30,666 bases of DNA, from positions 1 through 30,666 of IMG/VR virus record IMGVR_UViG_3300038379_000535; one strand, 5' to 3'. Position 1 is the first letter of the stretch. Every line of letters begins with the position of its first letter. Below, piece after piece: positions 1 to 8,244 of the stretch. Under the pieces are notes generated by a model that was given only the letters and a program-made list of their open reading frames with translations, did no database searches and had not been told where the DNA came from. This stretch comes from a virus. Lineage: Duplodnaviria > Caudoviricetes. Both the position numbers and the translations under genes were made by a program.

Positions 1-20
1 GGGTCGGGCGTCCGCGAAAG

Positions 21-746
21 TTGACTAGGCAATCGGGTGGGGTGGTGTTAACACCTGGGGCCGTGTTACGGGGGGGCGAAAGTCCGGCCGTAACACCGGG
101 CGAGCCGCTGTCGTTGCGGGCCTATGCCAGGCACCGCGGGACCTCGGCGACCGCGGTCTTCCGGGCGATCCAGTCGGGCCGGTTGAAGGCCTCGCTCGTC
201 ACGGACGCGAAGGGGCACCAGAAGATCCGGGACGCGGCCCTCGCCGACCTCGAGTGGGCGGCGAACACCGACCTGACGGACGCGCCGAACGCCGTCAAGG
301 AGAAGGCCCGCGTCCTGCTGCAGCAGATCGACCAGGCCCGCCCGTCGGCGGCGCCGGCCGCGGTGGCTGACGTAGCACCGGTACCGAGTGGGCCGATGGA
401 CGTGCTGCCGCCAGCGTCGTCGGCCGCCGCAGATGCTGGCGACCCTGGCTTCACGATGCCGTCGTTGGTCGAGGCGGCCGCGGCCGAGAAGTACTGGAAG
501 GCGAAGCAGGCTGAGCTCGACTATCAGGTCGCCACGCGCGAGCTCGTGCCGGCCAGAGAGATCGAGCAGCGCCTGGTCGACACGTTTACGCGGTGCCGCA
601 CGAAGCTGCTCGGGATCACGAGCAAGACGAAGTCGGCCCTCCCGCACCTGACCCACACCGACGTGGTGACGATTGACCGTCTCGTGCGTGAGGCTCTCGA
701 GGACCTGGCCACGTCGGACACGACCGACGCGGGGACGGCCGCATGA
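21..746 (+). CDS. terS: Terminase small subunit (lambda Nu1-like); start codon uncertain
   Basis: N-terminal HTH (LSLRAYARHRGTSATAVFRAIQSGRL), C-terminal coiled segment (EKYWKAKQAELDYQVATRELVP...RTKLLGI) typical of Nu1-like TerS; ATGA overlap with terL. Confidence 0.85.
   Translation: MTRQSGGVVLTPGAVLRGGESPAVTPGEPLSLRAYARHRGTSATAVFRAIQSGRLKASLVTDAKGHQKIRDAALADLEWAANTDLTDAPNAVKEKARVLLQQIDQARPSAAPAAVADVAPVPSGPMDVLPPASSAAADAGDPGFTMPSLVEAAAAEKYWKAKQAELDYQVATRELVPAREIEQRLVDTFTRCRTKLLGITSKTKSALPHLTHTDVVTIDRLVREALEDLATSDTTDAGTAA
44..96. repeat. Cluster of GTGTTA/TAACAC inverted repeats at the terS 5' end (candidate packaging-recognition sites or RNA hairpin)
   Basis: Perfect palindrome GGTGTTAACACC at 44-55; inverted pair GTGTTACGG (63-71) / CCGTAACAC (88-96) enclosing GGGC-GAAA-GTCC. 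Confidence 0.5.
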
Positions 747-2722
747 CATCCGCGCAGGCGGTCAGCATCGACGCACTGCTCGCCGGCGCGATGCAGTCCT
801 GGAAGCCCCCGCGGCGGCTGCGACTCTCTGAGTGGGCGGACGAGCACTTCTATCTGTCGGCCGAGTCCGCCGCCGAACCTGGGCGGTGGCACACGCTGCC
901 GTACCAGCGCGGGATCATGGACGCCTTCACCGATCCGGCGGTCGTGCAGGTCTCGATGATGAAGAGCGCGCGCATCGGGTGGACAAAGTGTCTGAACGCG
1001 ACCGTCGCGTTCTACATGCACCAGGACCCGTGCCCCATCATGGTGGTCCAGCCCACGATCGAGGACGCCGAGGGCTACAGCAAGGAAGAGATCGCGCCGA
1101 TGCTGCGCGACTGCCCCGTGTTGGCCGACATCATCCCCGAGGTGAAGACGCGGGACTCGAACAACACGATCCTGCTGAAGCGCTTCCCGGGCGGTTCGCT
1201 GTCACTGGTCGGGGCGAACAGCGCGCGCGGATTCCGTCGCGTGTCGCGTAAGGTCGTGCTCTTCGACGAGACCGACGGGTATCCACCGAGCGCCGGCACG
1301 GAAGGCGATCAGATCCAGCTGGGCATCCGCCGCACCGAGTACTACTGGGACCGGAAGATCGGCGCCGGCAGCACGCCCACGGTCGCTGGGCGCAGCCGCA
1401 TCGAGCAGCTGTTCTACGCCGGCGACCAGCGGCGGTACTACGTCCCGTGTCCGCACTGCGACGGGATGCAGGTGCTGCGCTTCCCGCATTTGAAGTGGCC
1501 GAAGGGCAAGCCGGAAGCGGCGGTCTATGTCTGCACGGTGTGCGGGGCTGAGATCGAGCACAAGCACAAGCAGGCGATGGTTGCGGCGGGTGAGTGGCGG
1601 CCTGGTCCGCACCCGCAATTCCCCGACGTGCCGTCGCCGCCACCGTTCGCCGGACACGTCAGCTTCCATCTCTGGGCGGGCTACAGCTCCTCGCCGAACG
1701 CGACATGGGGGCAGCTCGCGAAGGAGTTCGTCGAAGCCAATGGCAACGGCGTCGAGCATCTCAAGACGTTCGTCAACACGGTCCTCGGCGAGCCGTGGTC
1801 CGAACGCGGCGACGCGCCGGAGTGGGAACGGCTGTATCAGCGCCGCGAGTCGTATCCGATCGGCTCGTGTCCGATGGGCGTGCTGTTCCTGACCGCCGGG
1901 GTCGACGTGCAGAAGGATCGATTCGTCTTTGAGATCGTCGGATGGGGCCGCGACAAGCGATCCTGGTCGATCGACGCCGGCGTCATCCCCGGCGATACGT
2001 CGGATGAATCCGACCGCGGGCCGTGGCCGCAGCTGAACGCGTTGCTCGCGCGCACCTATCGTCACGCGTCGGGCGTCGAGCAGTCACTCTCGATGCTCGC
2101 GATCGACAGTGGCTTCAACACGCAGACCGTCTACGGGTGGGCGCGCCGGCATCCGATGTCGCGCGTCATCGCGGTGCGCGGCGTGCCGACGGCGCACGTG
2201 CTGATCGGATCGCCTTCACGCGTCGACGTGCTGCTCTCAGGTCGACGGGTGAAAACGGGTTACAAGGTCTGGCCGATCGCCACGAACCTGGCGAAGAGTG
2301 AGCTGTACGGATGGCTGGCGCTCAACCCACCAACCAGTGAGGCGCTCGCCGAAGGCCGTCCGTTCCCGCCGGGGTTCTGTCACTTCCCGGAACACGGTGA
2401 GGAGTACTTCAAGCAGCTCACCGCCGAGCAGCTCGTCAGCCATCGGTCGCACAAGGGCTACACCACGTTCGCGTGGGAGCTGATTCCTGGTCGCGAGAAC
2501 CACTACCTCGACGCGCGGGTCTACGCGCGGAGCGCCGCCGCGGTCGTGGGGCTCGACCGCTTTCGTGAGAGTGACTGGGCGACGCTCGAGCGCGGCCTGG
2601 GGATCGAGCCGCCTCCGGCGGCGCCCACACCACCGCCGCCGGCCGCACCGCCGCAAATTCCGACCGGGCGAAGCTCCTGGTTGAAGCGGCGCGACGGCAA
2701 TTGGCTGAAAGGCGGGCGATGA
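743..2722 (+). CDS. terL: Terminase large subunit, lambda GpA family
   Basis: Motifs MKSARIGWT (Walker A), LFDETDGYP (Walker B), GSTPT, YYVPCPHC, LTAGVDVQKDR, RENHYLDARVYA. Confidence 0.97.
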   Translation: MTSAQAVSIDALLAGAMQSWKPPRRLRLSEWADEHFYLSAESAAEPGRWHTLPYQRGIMDAFTDPAVVQVSMMKSARIGWTKCLNATVAFYMHQDPCPIMVVQPTIEDAEGYSKEEIAPMLRDCPVLADIIPEVKTRDSNNTILLKRFPGGSLSLVGANSARGFRRVSRKVVLFDETDGYPPSAGTEGDQIQLGIRRTEYYWDRKIGAGSTPTVAGRSRIEQLFYAGDQRRYYVPCPHCDGMQVLRFPHLKWPKGKPEAAVYVCTVCGAEIEHKHKQAMVAAGEWRPGPHPQFPDVPSPPPFAGHVSFHLWAGYSSSPNATWGQLAKEFVEANGNGVEHLKTFVNTVLGEPWSERGDAPEWERLYQRRESYPIGSCPMGVLFLTAGVDVQKDRFVFEIVGWGRDKRSWSIDAGVIPGDTSDESDRGPWPQLNALLARTYRHASGVEQSLSMLAIDSGFNTQTVYGWARRHPMSRVIAVRGVPTAHVLIGSPSRVDVLLSGRRVKTGYKVWPIATNLAKSELYGWLALNPPTSEALAEGRPFPPGFCHFPEHGEEYFKQLTAEQLVSHRSHKGYTTFAWELIPGRENHYLDARVYARSAAAVVGLDRFRESDWATLERGLGIEPPPAAPTPPPPAAPPQIPTGRSSWLKRRDGNWLKGGR

Positions 2723-3072
2723 TGCGACGTCGAGGCGGCCGTCGAGCGGAACCGCGCATCGTGGACCCGGCGACGCATCCGCGCAAGCGCGTCGGCCTGC
2801 GTGTCGCGGCGCTGTTTCTGGACGTCGACGAGCGCACGATGCGGGCACGGATTGAGACCGGTGAGATTCCGGCGTGGCGCGACGGACGTGTCTATCGGAT
2901 CGAGGTCTCGGACCTCGTGCGCTATCGCGCCAGAAGGGTCGGCTGGGGGATCTGTTCGTGCGGGGTTGATTCAAAGCCGCAGATAAACGTGGTGCCCAAC
3001 CAGCCCGTCTACTGCAGTCGATGTGGGTGTCGAGTGATGATGGTTCCACGTGCAACGGCATTAAAGACATAA
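2719..3072 (+). CDS. Xis/HTH_17-like DNA-binding protein with C-terminal Cys4 zinc-ribbon-like tail
   Basis: VAALFLDVDERTMRARIETGEIPAWRDGRVYRIEVSDL matches the excisionase-family winged HTH pattern; tail has CSC...CSRC; ATG at 2719 overlaps the terL stop (ATGA). Confidence 0.8.
   Translation: MMRRRGGRRAEPRIVDPATHPRKRVGLRVAALFLDVDERTMRARIETGEIPAWRDGRVYRIEVSDLVRYRARRVGWGICSCGVDSKPQINVVPNQPVYCSRCGCRVMMVPRATALKT
3042..3057. promoter_or_regulatory. parS-like palindrome
   Basis: GGTTCCACGTGCAACG versus the bacterial parS consensus TGTTNCACGTGNAACA; the inner 14 positions fit. Confidence 0.4.
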
Positions 3073-3138
3073 GACACATCATCGGTAACGTGTGAACGGA
3101 CACCGCTGGCATGCTGTTGCGGGCCCCACACCCCCCAG

Positions 3139-3351
3139 ATGCCGTGGACCTCCTCTGATGTCGACACGTTGAAAGCGGCGATCGCGGCAGGCCGCGGGGC
3201 GCGCGTCATTGCCTTCGGCGACCAGAGCATCACATTCCACAGCGTGCCAGAAATGTTGCAGCTGCTTGCGGTGATGCAGGCCGAAGTGGCCGCGACCACC
3301 AACGGTGGCACCCCGCGCACCCGCTACGCGTCCGTCGGTAAGGGTGTCTGA
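3139..3351 (+). CDS. Head-tail joining protein, gpW-like
   Basis: 70 aa, MPWTSSDVDTLKAAIAAG...V..GDQSITFHS..EM; lies between terL and a lambda-type portal. Confidence 0.88.
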   Translation: MPWTSSDVDTLKAAIAAGRGARVIAFGDQSITFHSVPEMLQLLAVMQAEVAATTNGGTPRTRYASVGKGV

Positions 3352-3354
3352 GCC

Positions 3355-4866
3355 GTGGCTGCCCTGCGCGAGCACTGGATCGACCGCCTCACCGCGCCTG
3401 TCGCGCCGATCTGGACGTTGCGGCGCCAGCGCGCGCGCACGGCGGCCGTGCTCCTGCGCCACTACGAGGCCGCCTCTGGCGGCCGCCGCACTCAGAACTG
3501 GTATCGCGCCAACGCCGACGCGAACGCCGTGCTCGGTCCGGCCCTGTCGCACATCCGCGCGTCGGCCCGTGACCTGGTGCGCAACAACCCGTACGCCGAA
3601 AGCGCCCTCTCGACCATCGCCGATCACGCCGTAGGCTGGGGCATCGCCGCCAAGCCCGAGCCGAAGAACGCGCGCGTCGAAGAGGTGTGGAAGTCATGGG
3701 CGGACAGCACCGCGTGTGACGCCGACGGTCGCCATGACTTCTACGGGCTGCAGAAGCTCGTCATGCGCACGGTCGTCGAGTCCGGCGAGGTCCTGGTGCG
3801 CCGCCGCATCCGGCGCGTCGAGGACGGCTGGCCGCTGCCCGTCCAGATTCAGGTGATCGAGCCGGACTATCTCGACACCAGCAAGGATGCCGAGCTGTCG
3901 AACGGCGGCCGCATCACGCACGGCGTCGAGTTCGACGTGCTCGGCCGCCGCGCCGCGTACTGGATGTTCCGTGAGCATCCCGGCTCTGCACGCATGACGC
4001 AGTCCGGCGTCTCGCACCGGGTGCCGGCGAGCGAGGTCCTGCACGTCTTTCGCGGCACGCGCGCGGGCCAGGTGCGGGCGGCCTCGTGGTTGGCGCCGGT
4101 GCTGCTGCGGTTCAAGGACTTCGACGAGTTCGAGGACGCGACGCTCATGAAGCAGAAGATCGCCGCATGCCTCGCGGTGATCACCAGTGACGTCGACGGA
4201 TCGGGCCCCGCCCTCGGCACGGCCGACGATACGGCAACGCCCGCCGTGGACTCGCTCGAGCCCGGCATGATCCTCAACGTGCCGCCTGGTCGCAACATCA
4301 GCGTGGTGAGCCCACCGGCGACGAACGGCGAGTATGGGCCCTACGCGCAGTCGGTCCTGCGCGCGATCGCGACCGGCATCGGCGTGACCTATGAGGACCT
4401 GACCGGCGATTACACGAACATGCCGTTCTCGGCGGCCCGGATGTCGCGACTGCGGCACTGGTCGCGCGTGGAAGACTGGCGCTGGCGGATGCTGATCCCG
4501 CAGTTCTGCATCCCGGCGTGGGGCTGGGCGATGGAGGCGGCCCGGGTGCTCGGGCGCGTCGACGGCGCGCCTGGCGTGCGCTGGAGCCCGCCCCCGATGC
4601 CGATGATCGAGCCCGACAAGGAAGGCCTTGCGTATCAGCGGAAAATCCGGAACGGGCTACAGAGCCTGCCCGAGGCGCTGCGCGAGCTCGGCTACGAGCC
4701 GGACGAGGTCTTCGACGAGATGGCCGAGACGAACAAGACGCTCGACGCGCTCGGCCTCATCCTCGACAGCGACCCGCGCAAGATGACGCAGGCCGGCCAA
4801 TTACAGGGAGCGGCGAAGCCCGACGACACCGGTGCGCCCCCTGACGCGGAGGAGACGGAGCCGTGA
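3355..4866 (+). CDS. Portal protein, lambda family
   Basis: RASARDLVRNNPYA, CDADGRHDFYGLQ, GVEFD..GR..AYW, GVTYEDLTGDY..MPFSAARM, GLILDSDPR. Confidence 0.97.
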   Translation: MAALREHWIDRLTAPVAPIWTLRRQRARTAAVLLRHYEAASGGRRTQNWYRANADANAVLGPALSHIRASARDLVRNNPYAESALSTIADHAVGWGIAAKPEPKNARVEEVWKSWADSTACDADGRHDFYGLQKLVMRTVVESGEVLVRRRIRRVEDGWPLPVQIQVIEPDYLDTSKDAELSNGGRITHGVEFDVLGRRAAYWMFREHPGSARMTQSGVSHRVPASEVLHVFRGTRAGQVRAASWLAPVLLRFKDFDEFEDATLMKQKIAACLAVITSDVDGSGPALGTADDTATPAVDSLEPGMILNVPPGRNISVVSPPATNGEYGPYAQSVLRAIATGIGVTYEDLTGDYTNMPFSAARMSRLRHWSRVEDWRWRMLIPQFCIPAWGWAMEAARVLGRVDGAPGVRWSPPPMPMIEPDKEGLAYQRKIRNGLQSLPEALRELGYEPDEVFDEMAETNKTLDALGLILDSDPRKMTQAGQLQGAAKPDDTGAPPDAEETEP

Positions 4867-5105
4867 TCGAGCGCAGCGATCGCACCAACGACGTGCCGCC
4901 GCCGAACATGCTGCCGTCCCGCCAGCGCGTCATCCTCGAGGTGATTCGCGAGTACTGCGCTGCCACGGGTGAGGGCTGCTCCGCGAGCTATCTCGCGCGC
5001 CGCCTGCGCGTCGATCACTCGACGGTGCGCGAGCACTTGGAGGCCCTGCACCGTAAGGGCTGGCTGCGTGCGCCGAACTCGCCCGCGTTGCCGCGCCAGC
5101 GCTGA
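4863..5105 (+). CDS. Stand-alone LexA-like winged-HTH DNA-binding protein (no peptidase domain)
   Basis: LPSRQRVILEVIREY...G...S...LARRL....STVREHLEALHRKGWL resembles the LexA N-terminal DNA-binding domain; GTGA overlap with the portal stop. Confidence 0.8.
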   Translation: MIERSDRTNDVPPPNMLPSRQRVILEVIREYCAATGEGCSASYLARRLRVDHSTVREHLEALHRKGWLRAPNSPALPRQR

Positions 5106-5113
5106 GAGCGCCC

Positions 5114-5145
5114 CCCTAAAAGATCGGGTACCCCAAAATATAGGG
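5114..5145. promoter_or_regulatory. Tandem operator-like boxes CCC-N9(AT-rich)-GGG
   Basis: CCCTAAAAGATCGGG (5114-5128) and CCCCAAAATATAGGG (5131-5145) form an AT-rich island just downstream of the HTH gene; possible -10 element TAGAAC at 5175-5180. Confidence 0.5.
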
Positions 5146-5182
5146 GGTCTGACTCGACCGCGCGCCGTCGACGCTAGAACGC

Positions 5183-5806
5183 GTGATGCGTGCCACGGTG
5201 ACGACGATCGACATGCCTGCGCTCGACATGCGCGCGGACGTCGGGTCCGTCAACTCCGAAGCGCGCACCGTTGAACTAATCTTCTCCACCGGGGCCGCCG
5301 TCGAACGCTATGACTGGTGGACCGGCAAACGCTACCGCGAGGTCCTCTCGCTCGACCCGAAGCACGTGCGCCTCGACCGCTTGAACAGCGGCGGTCCGCT
5401 GCTCGATTCGCACTCGGCGTTCTCCGTCGGCGACATCCTCGGCACCGTGGTGCCTGGTAGCGTCCGGCTCGAGAAGAGCAAGGCCCTCGCGACGGTGCGC
5501 TTCAGCAAACGGACGTCAGTCGAAGAGATCTGGCGCGACGTCGCGGACGGCATCATCCGCAGCGTGTCCGTCGGCTACCGCGTCCACAAGTTCGAAGAGG
5601 ACGCCAGCCGCGACAACAAGATCCCGACCCGTACCGCGATCGACTGGGAGCCCTTCGAGGTCTCGATGGTGCCGATGCCGGCTGACGCCGGCGCCAAGGT
5701 AAGGAAGGGCGATAAGGGCAGCACCAACCCGTGCGTGATTCGTGTCCCCATCACCGACGCGGATCGGTCCCGACGACTGCAGCTCGCGCACGCGCGTGCG
5801 CGATGA
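5183..5806 (+). CDS. Prohead (maturation) protease, HK97/S78-like
   Basis: RTVELIFSTGAAVER, PLLDSH, DVADGIIRSVSVGYRV, DWEPFEVSMVPMPADAGA; start may be 5183, 5186 or 5213. Confidence 0.92.
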   Translation: MMRATVTTIDMPALDMRADVGSVNSEARTVELIFSTGAAVERYDWWTGKRYREVLSLDPKHVRLDRLNSGGPLLDSHSAFSVGDILGTVVPGSVRLEKSKALATVRFSKRTSVEEIWRDVADGIIRSVSVGYRVHKFEEDASRDNKIPTRTAIDWEPFEVSMVPMPADAGAKVRKGDKGSTNPCVIRVPITDADRSRRLQLAHARAR

Positions 5807-5819
5807 GGAGAGAGAACCC

Positions 5820-7397
5820 ATGTTGAAGAGCCTTCGCAAGACTCGTGCGCAGCTGGTGCGGGACGCCGAGCAGCTCCGGAAGGACGGGGCCTTCCCGGAC
5901 GACGCGGCCCGTGAGGCGTTCGACGCCAAGATGACGGAGGTCGAGCGGCTCGACGAGCAGATCCGGCGTCTCGAGGCGGCCGGCGAGCGGGACGACGACG
6001 CCGAGGGGGGGAGCGGTCCGGCGCCCGCGCCCGCTCCGTCGCCGGCGTCCGACGCGGCCCGCGCCGCGGGTGCCACGGCCGAGCGCGAGCGTATCACGGG
6101 CATCCACGAGGCCGTGCGCCTGGCGAAGCTCGATCCCAGCATGGCCGACGACATGGTGAAGCGCGGCATCACGCTGGATGCGGCCCGCGCGGAGATTTTC
6201 AGGAAGCTCGCGGCGACGAGTGATGAGACCGCGCCAAGGCCTGGTGGCGGCGTGAGCTTCGGTGAGGACGCTCGCGACAAGTGGTTGCGCGGCGCGACCG
6301 CCTGGCTGCTCGTCCGGTCCGGCATGGCCGCACTGGTCGCGAAGCACGAAGGTGTCGCCGTCGACACGCTGGCCCCCGGCGAGTTTCGCGGCCTGTCACT
6401 GCTCGACTTGGCGCGCGAGTCCCTGGTGCGTGCGGGTCAGACCGTGCGCGGCCTCGACAAGATGACGCTCGCCGGCCACGCGATGGCGTTCCGCGCGAAC
6501 TACCAGACCACCAGCGACTTCGCCACCCTCCTCGAGAACACGATGCACAAGGTGCTGCGTGCCGCGTACGGCATCACGCCGGACACGTGGTCGCGGTTCT
6601 GCGGGACGGGCACGGTGTCGGACTTCCGCACGCACAACTGGTACCGCTGGGGCGCGCTGACGGAGCTGGACGCGCTGAACGAGGTGGGCGAGTTCAAGAA
6701 CAAGGCGATCCCGGACGCCGAGAAGGCGACCTACAGCGCGGCCACCAAGGGCAACATCATCGCGATCTCTCGCCAGGTCATCGTCAACGATGACATGGGG
6801 GCGGTCGTGCGGCTCACCGAGATGCTCGGGCGCGCCGGCAAGCTCACCATCGAGAAGGCGGTCTACACGCTGCTGAACCTGAACAGCGGCCTCGGTCCCA
6901 CGCAGAGCGACGCACAGCCGCTCTTCCACGCCAACCGGTCGAACGTCGGGACCGGCGCGGCGCTCGCCGCGGCGGCCCTGGATGCCGACCGCGTGGTGAT
7001 GGCACAGCAGCTCGACCCGAACGGGCAGGACTACACCGACCTGCGTCCGGCGATCCTCCTGGTGCCCGTCGGTCTCGGCGGCCAGGCGCGCGTCATCAAC
7101 GAGTCACAGTACGACCCCGACACGGTGGCCAACAAGTCACAGATGAAGCCGAACATCGTCGCCGGCCTCTTCCGCAACATCGTCGACACGCCGCGGATCA
7201 CCGGCACGCGTCGCTACCTGTTCGCCGACCCCGCGATCGCGCCGGTCATCATGGTGTCGTTCCTCGAGGGCCAGCGTGAGCCGGTGCTCGAGACGAAGAA
7301 CGGCTGGAACGTGGACGGCGTCGAGATGAAGGCCCGTCTAGATTTCGGTGTCGACGTCGTGGACTACCGCGGCGCGGTCACCAACGCCGGCGTGTAA
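5820..7397 (+). CDS. Major capsid protein with N-terminal scaffold/delta-like region
   Basis: RBS GAGGAG before ATG 5820; TTSDFATLLEN..HKVLRAAY, GTVSDFR, ISRQVIVNDDMG, PLFHAN, GVEMKARLDFG...DYRG are typical of capsids found in protease-capsid fusion loci. Confidence 0.93.
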   Translation: MLKSLRKTRAQLVRDAEQLRKDGAFPDDAAREAFDAKMTEVERLDEQIRRLEAAGERDDDAEGGSGPAPAPAPSPASDAARAAGATAERERITGIHEAVRLAKLDPSMADDMVKRGITLDAARAEIFRKLAATSDETAPRPGGGVSFGEDARDKWLRGATAWLLVRSGMAALVAKHEGVAVDTLAPGEFRGLSLLDLARESLVRAGQTVRGLDKMTLAGHAMAFRANYQTTSDFATLLENTMHKVLRAAYGITPDTWSRFCGTGTVSDFRTHNWYRWGALTELDALNEVGEFKNKAIPDAEKATYSAATKGNIIAISRQVIVNDDMGAVVRLTEMLGRAGKLTIEKAVYTLLNLNSGLGPTQSDAQPLFHANRSNVGTGAALAAAALDADRVVMAQQLDPNGQDYTDLRPAILLVPVGLGGQARVINESQYDPDTVANKSQMKPNIVAGLFRNIVDTPRITGTRRYLFADPAIAPVIMVSFLEGQREPVLETKNGWNVDGVEMKARLDFGVDVVDYRGAVTNAGV

Positions 7398-7403
7398 CGA
7401 AGA

Positions 7404-7502
7404 CGCCGTCCCGCTCGACGGCGCTCTACCAGCGCGGTACCGGGGTCCCCTCGCCCCGGCCGCGATCGTGGAGTCAGAAGGCCACCGCGGGCCCTAACGC
7501 GG
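7404..7502 (+). other. GC-rich hairpin series after the capsid gene (mRNA stabiliser or attenuator candidate)
   Basis: CGCCGTC/GACGGCG (7404-7423); CGCGG-CCGGGG/CCCCGG-CCGCG (7433-7464); CCGCG/CGCGG (7485-7502); no U-tract. Confidence 0.5.
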
Positions 7503-7518
7503 GTAGGAGAGACACTTC

Positions 7519-8235
7519 ATGGCGAGCAACTACATTCAGCCCGGCAAGTCCCTCGACCTCACCGCACCGACCGGCGGCGTCACGACCGGTGTGGGTGTGC
7601 TCATCGGCAACGTCTTCGCCATTGCGCTGCAGACCATCGCCGCCGCCCTCGGGTTCTCGGGTGGCACGATCGGCGTCTGGAGCATGGCGAAGACCAGCGC
7701 GCAGGCCTGGGTCGTCGGCGAGAAGATCTACTGGGATCCGACGAACAAGCGTGCGGATAACGTGGCCACCGCGGGCTTCCGGCGCATCGGCGTGTGTGTC
7801 GCGGCCGCGGCGAACCCCTCGAGCACAGGCAAGGTGCGACTCGACTTCGCCATCGGACCGATCCAGAGCGCGGAAGCGTTGCCGGCGGCCGCGTCGAAGA
7901 ATACGGCTGGTGGCGTCACGCTGACCGCTGCGGAGCTGCTCGGCGGGATCGTCGTCGCCGACTGCGCCGGCGCCGGCCGGACGTACACGCTGCCCACGGC
8001 CGCCCTGCTCGTCGCGGCCATGCCTGGCGTCCAGGTGGGTGACATCGTGCGCTTCCTGCTCGTCAACGGGTCCGACGCTGCCGAGGCGATCACGCTGGCG
8101 GCCGGGACCGGTGGCGCGTTCGACGCGAACCAGACGGCGGCGTCGCGCACCGTCGTGCAGAACGACTCGAAGTTCGTGCATATCCGGATCACAAACGTGA
8201 CCCCGTCGTCCGAGGCGTACGTCGTCTACGCGTAA
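7519..8235 (+). CDS. Capsid cement/decoration protein: DUF2190-like N-domain fused to a second decoration-like domain
   Basis: MASNYIQPGKSLDLTAP.GGV..G.GVLIG...G.KIYWD is the DUF2190 pattern; extra C-terminal ~125 aa (TLTAAELLGGIV...RTYTLPTAA); RBS AGGAG. Confidence 0.85.
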   Translation: MASNYIQPGKSLDLTAPTGGVTTGVGVLIGNVFAIALQTIAAALGFSGGTIGVWSMAKTSAQAWVVGEKIYWDPTNKRADNVATAGFRRIGVCVAAAANPSSTGKVRLDFAIGPIQSAEALPAAASKNTAGGVTLTAAELLGGIVVADCAGAGRTYTLPTAALLVAAMPGVQVGDIVRFLLVNGSDAAEAITLAAGTGGAFDANQTAASRTVVQNDSKFVHIRITNVTPSSEAYVVYA

Positions 8236-8244
8236 CGACCGGCC

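Noticed and set aside
2719-3072. True excisionase marking an att site or prophage boundary
   Set aside because: No integrase, tRNA or att-like repeat nearby; the gene is coupled inside the head operon
5739-5819. Programmed frameshift fusing protease to capsid
   Set aside because: Would need a +1 shift in a short overlap with no slippery sequence; the capsid has its own strong RBS
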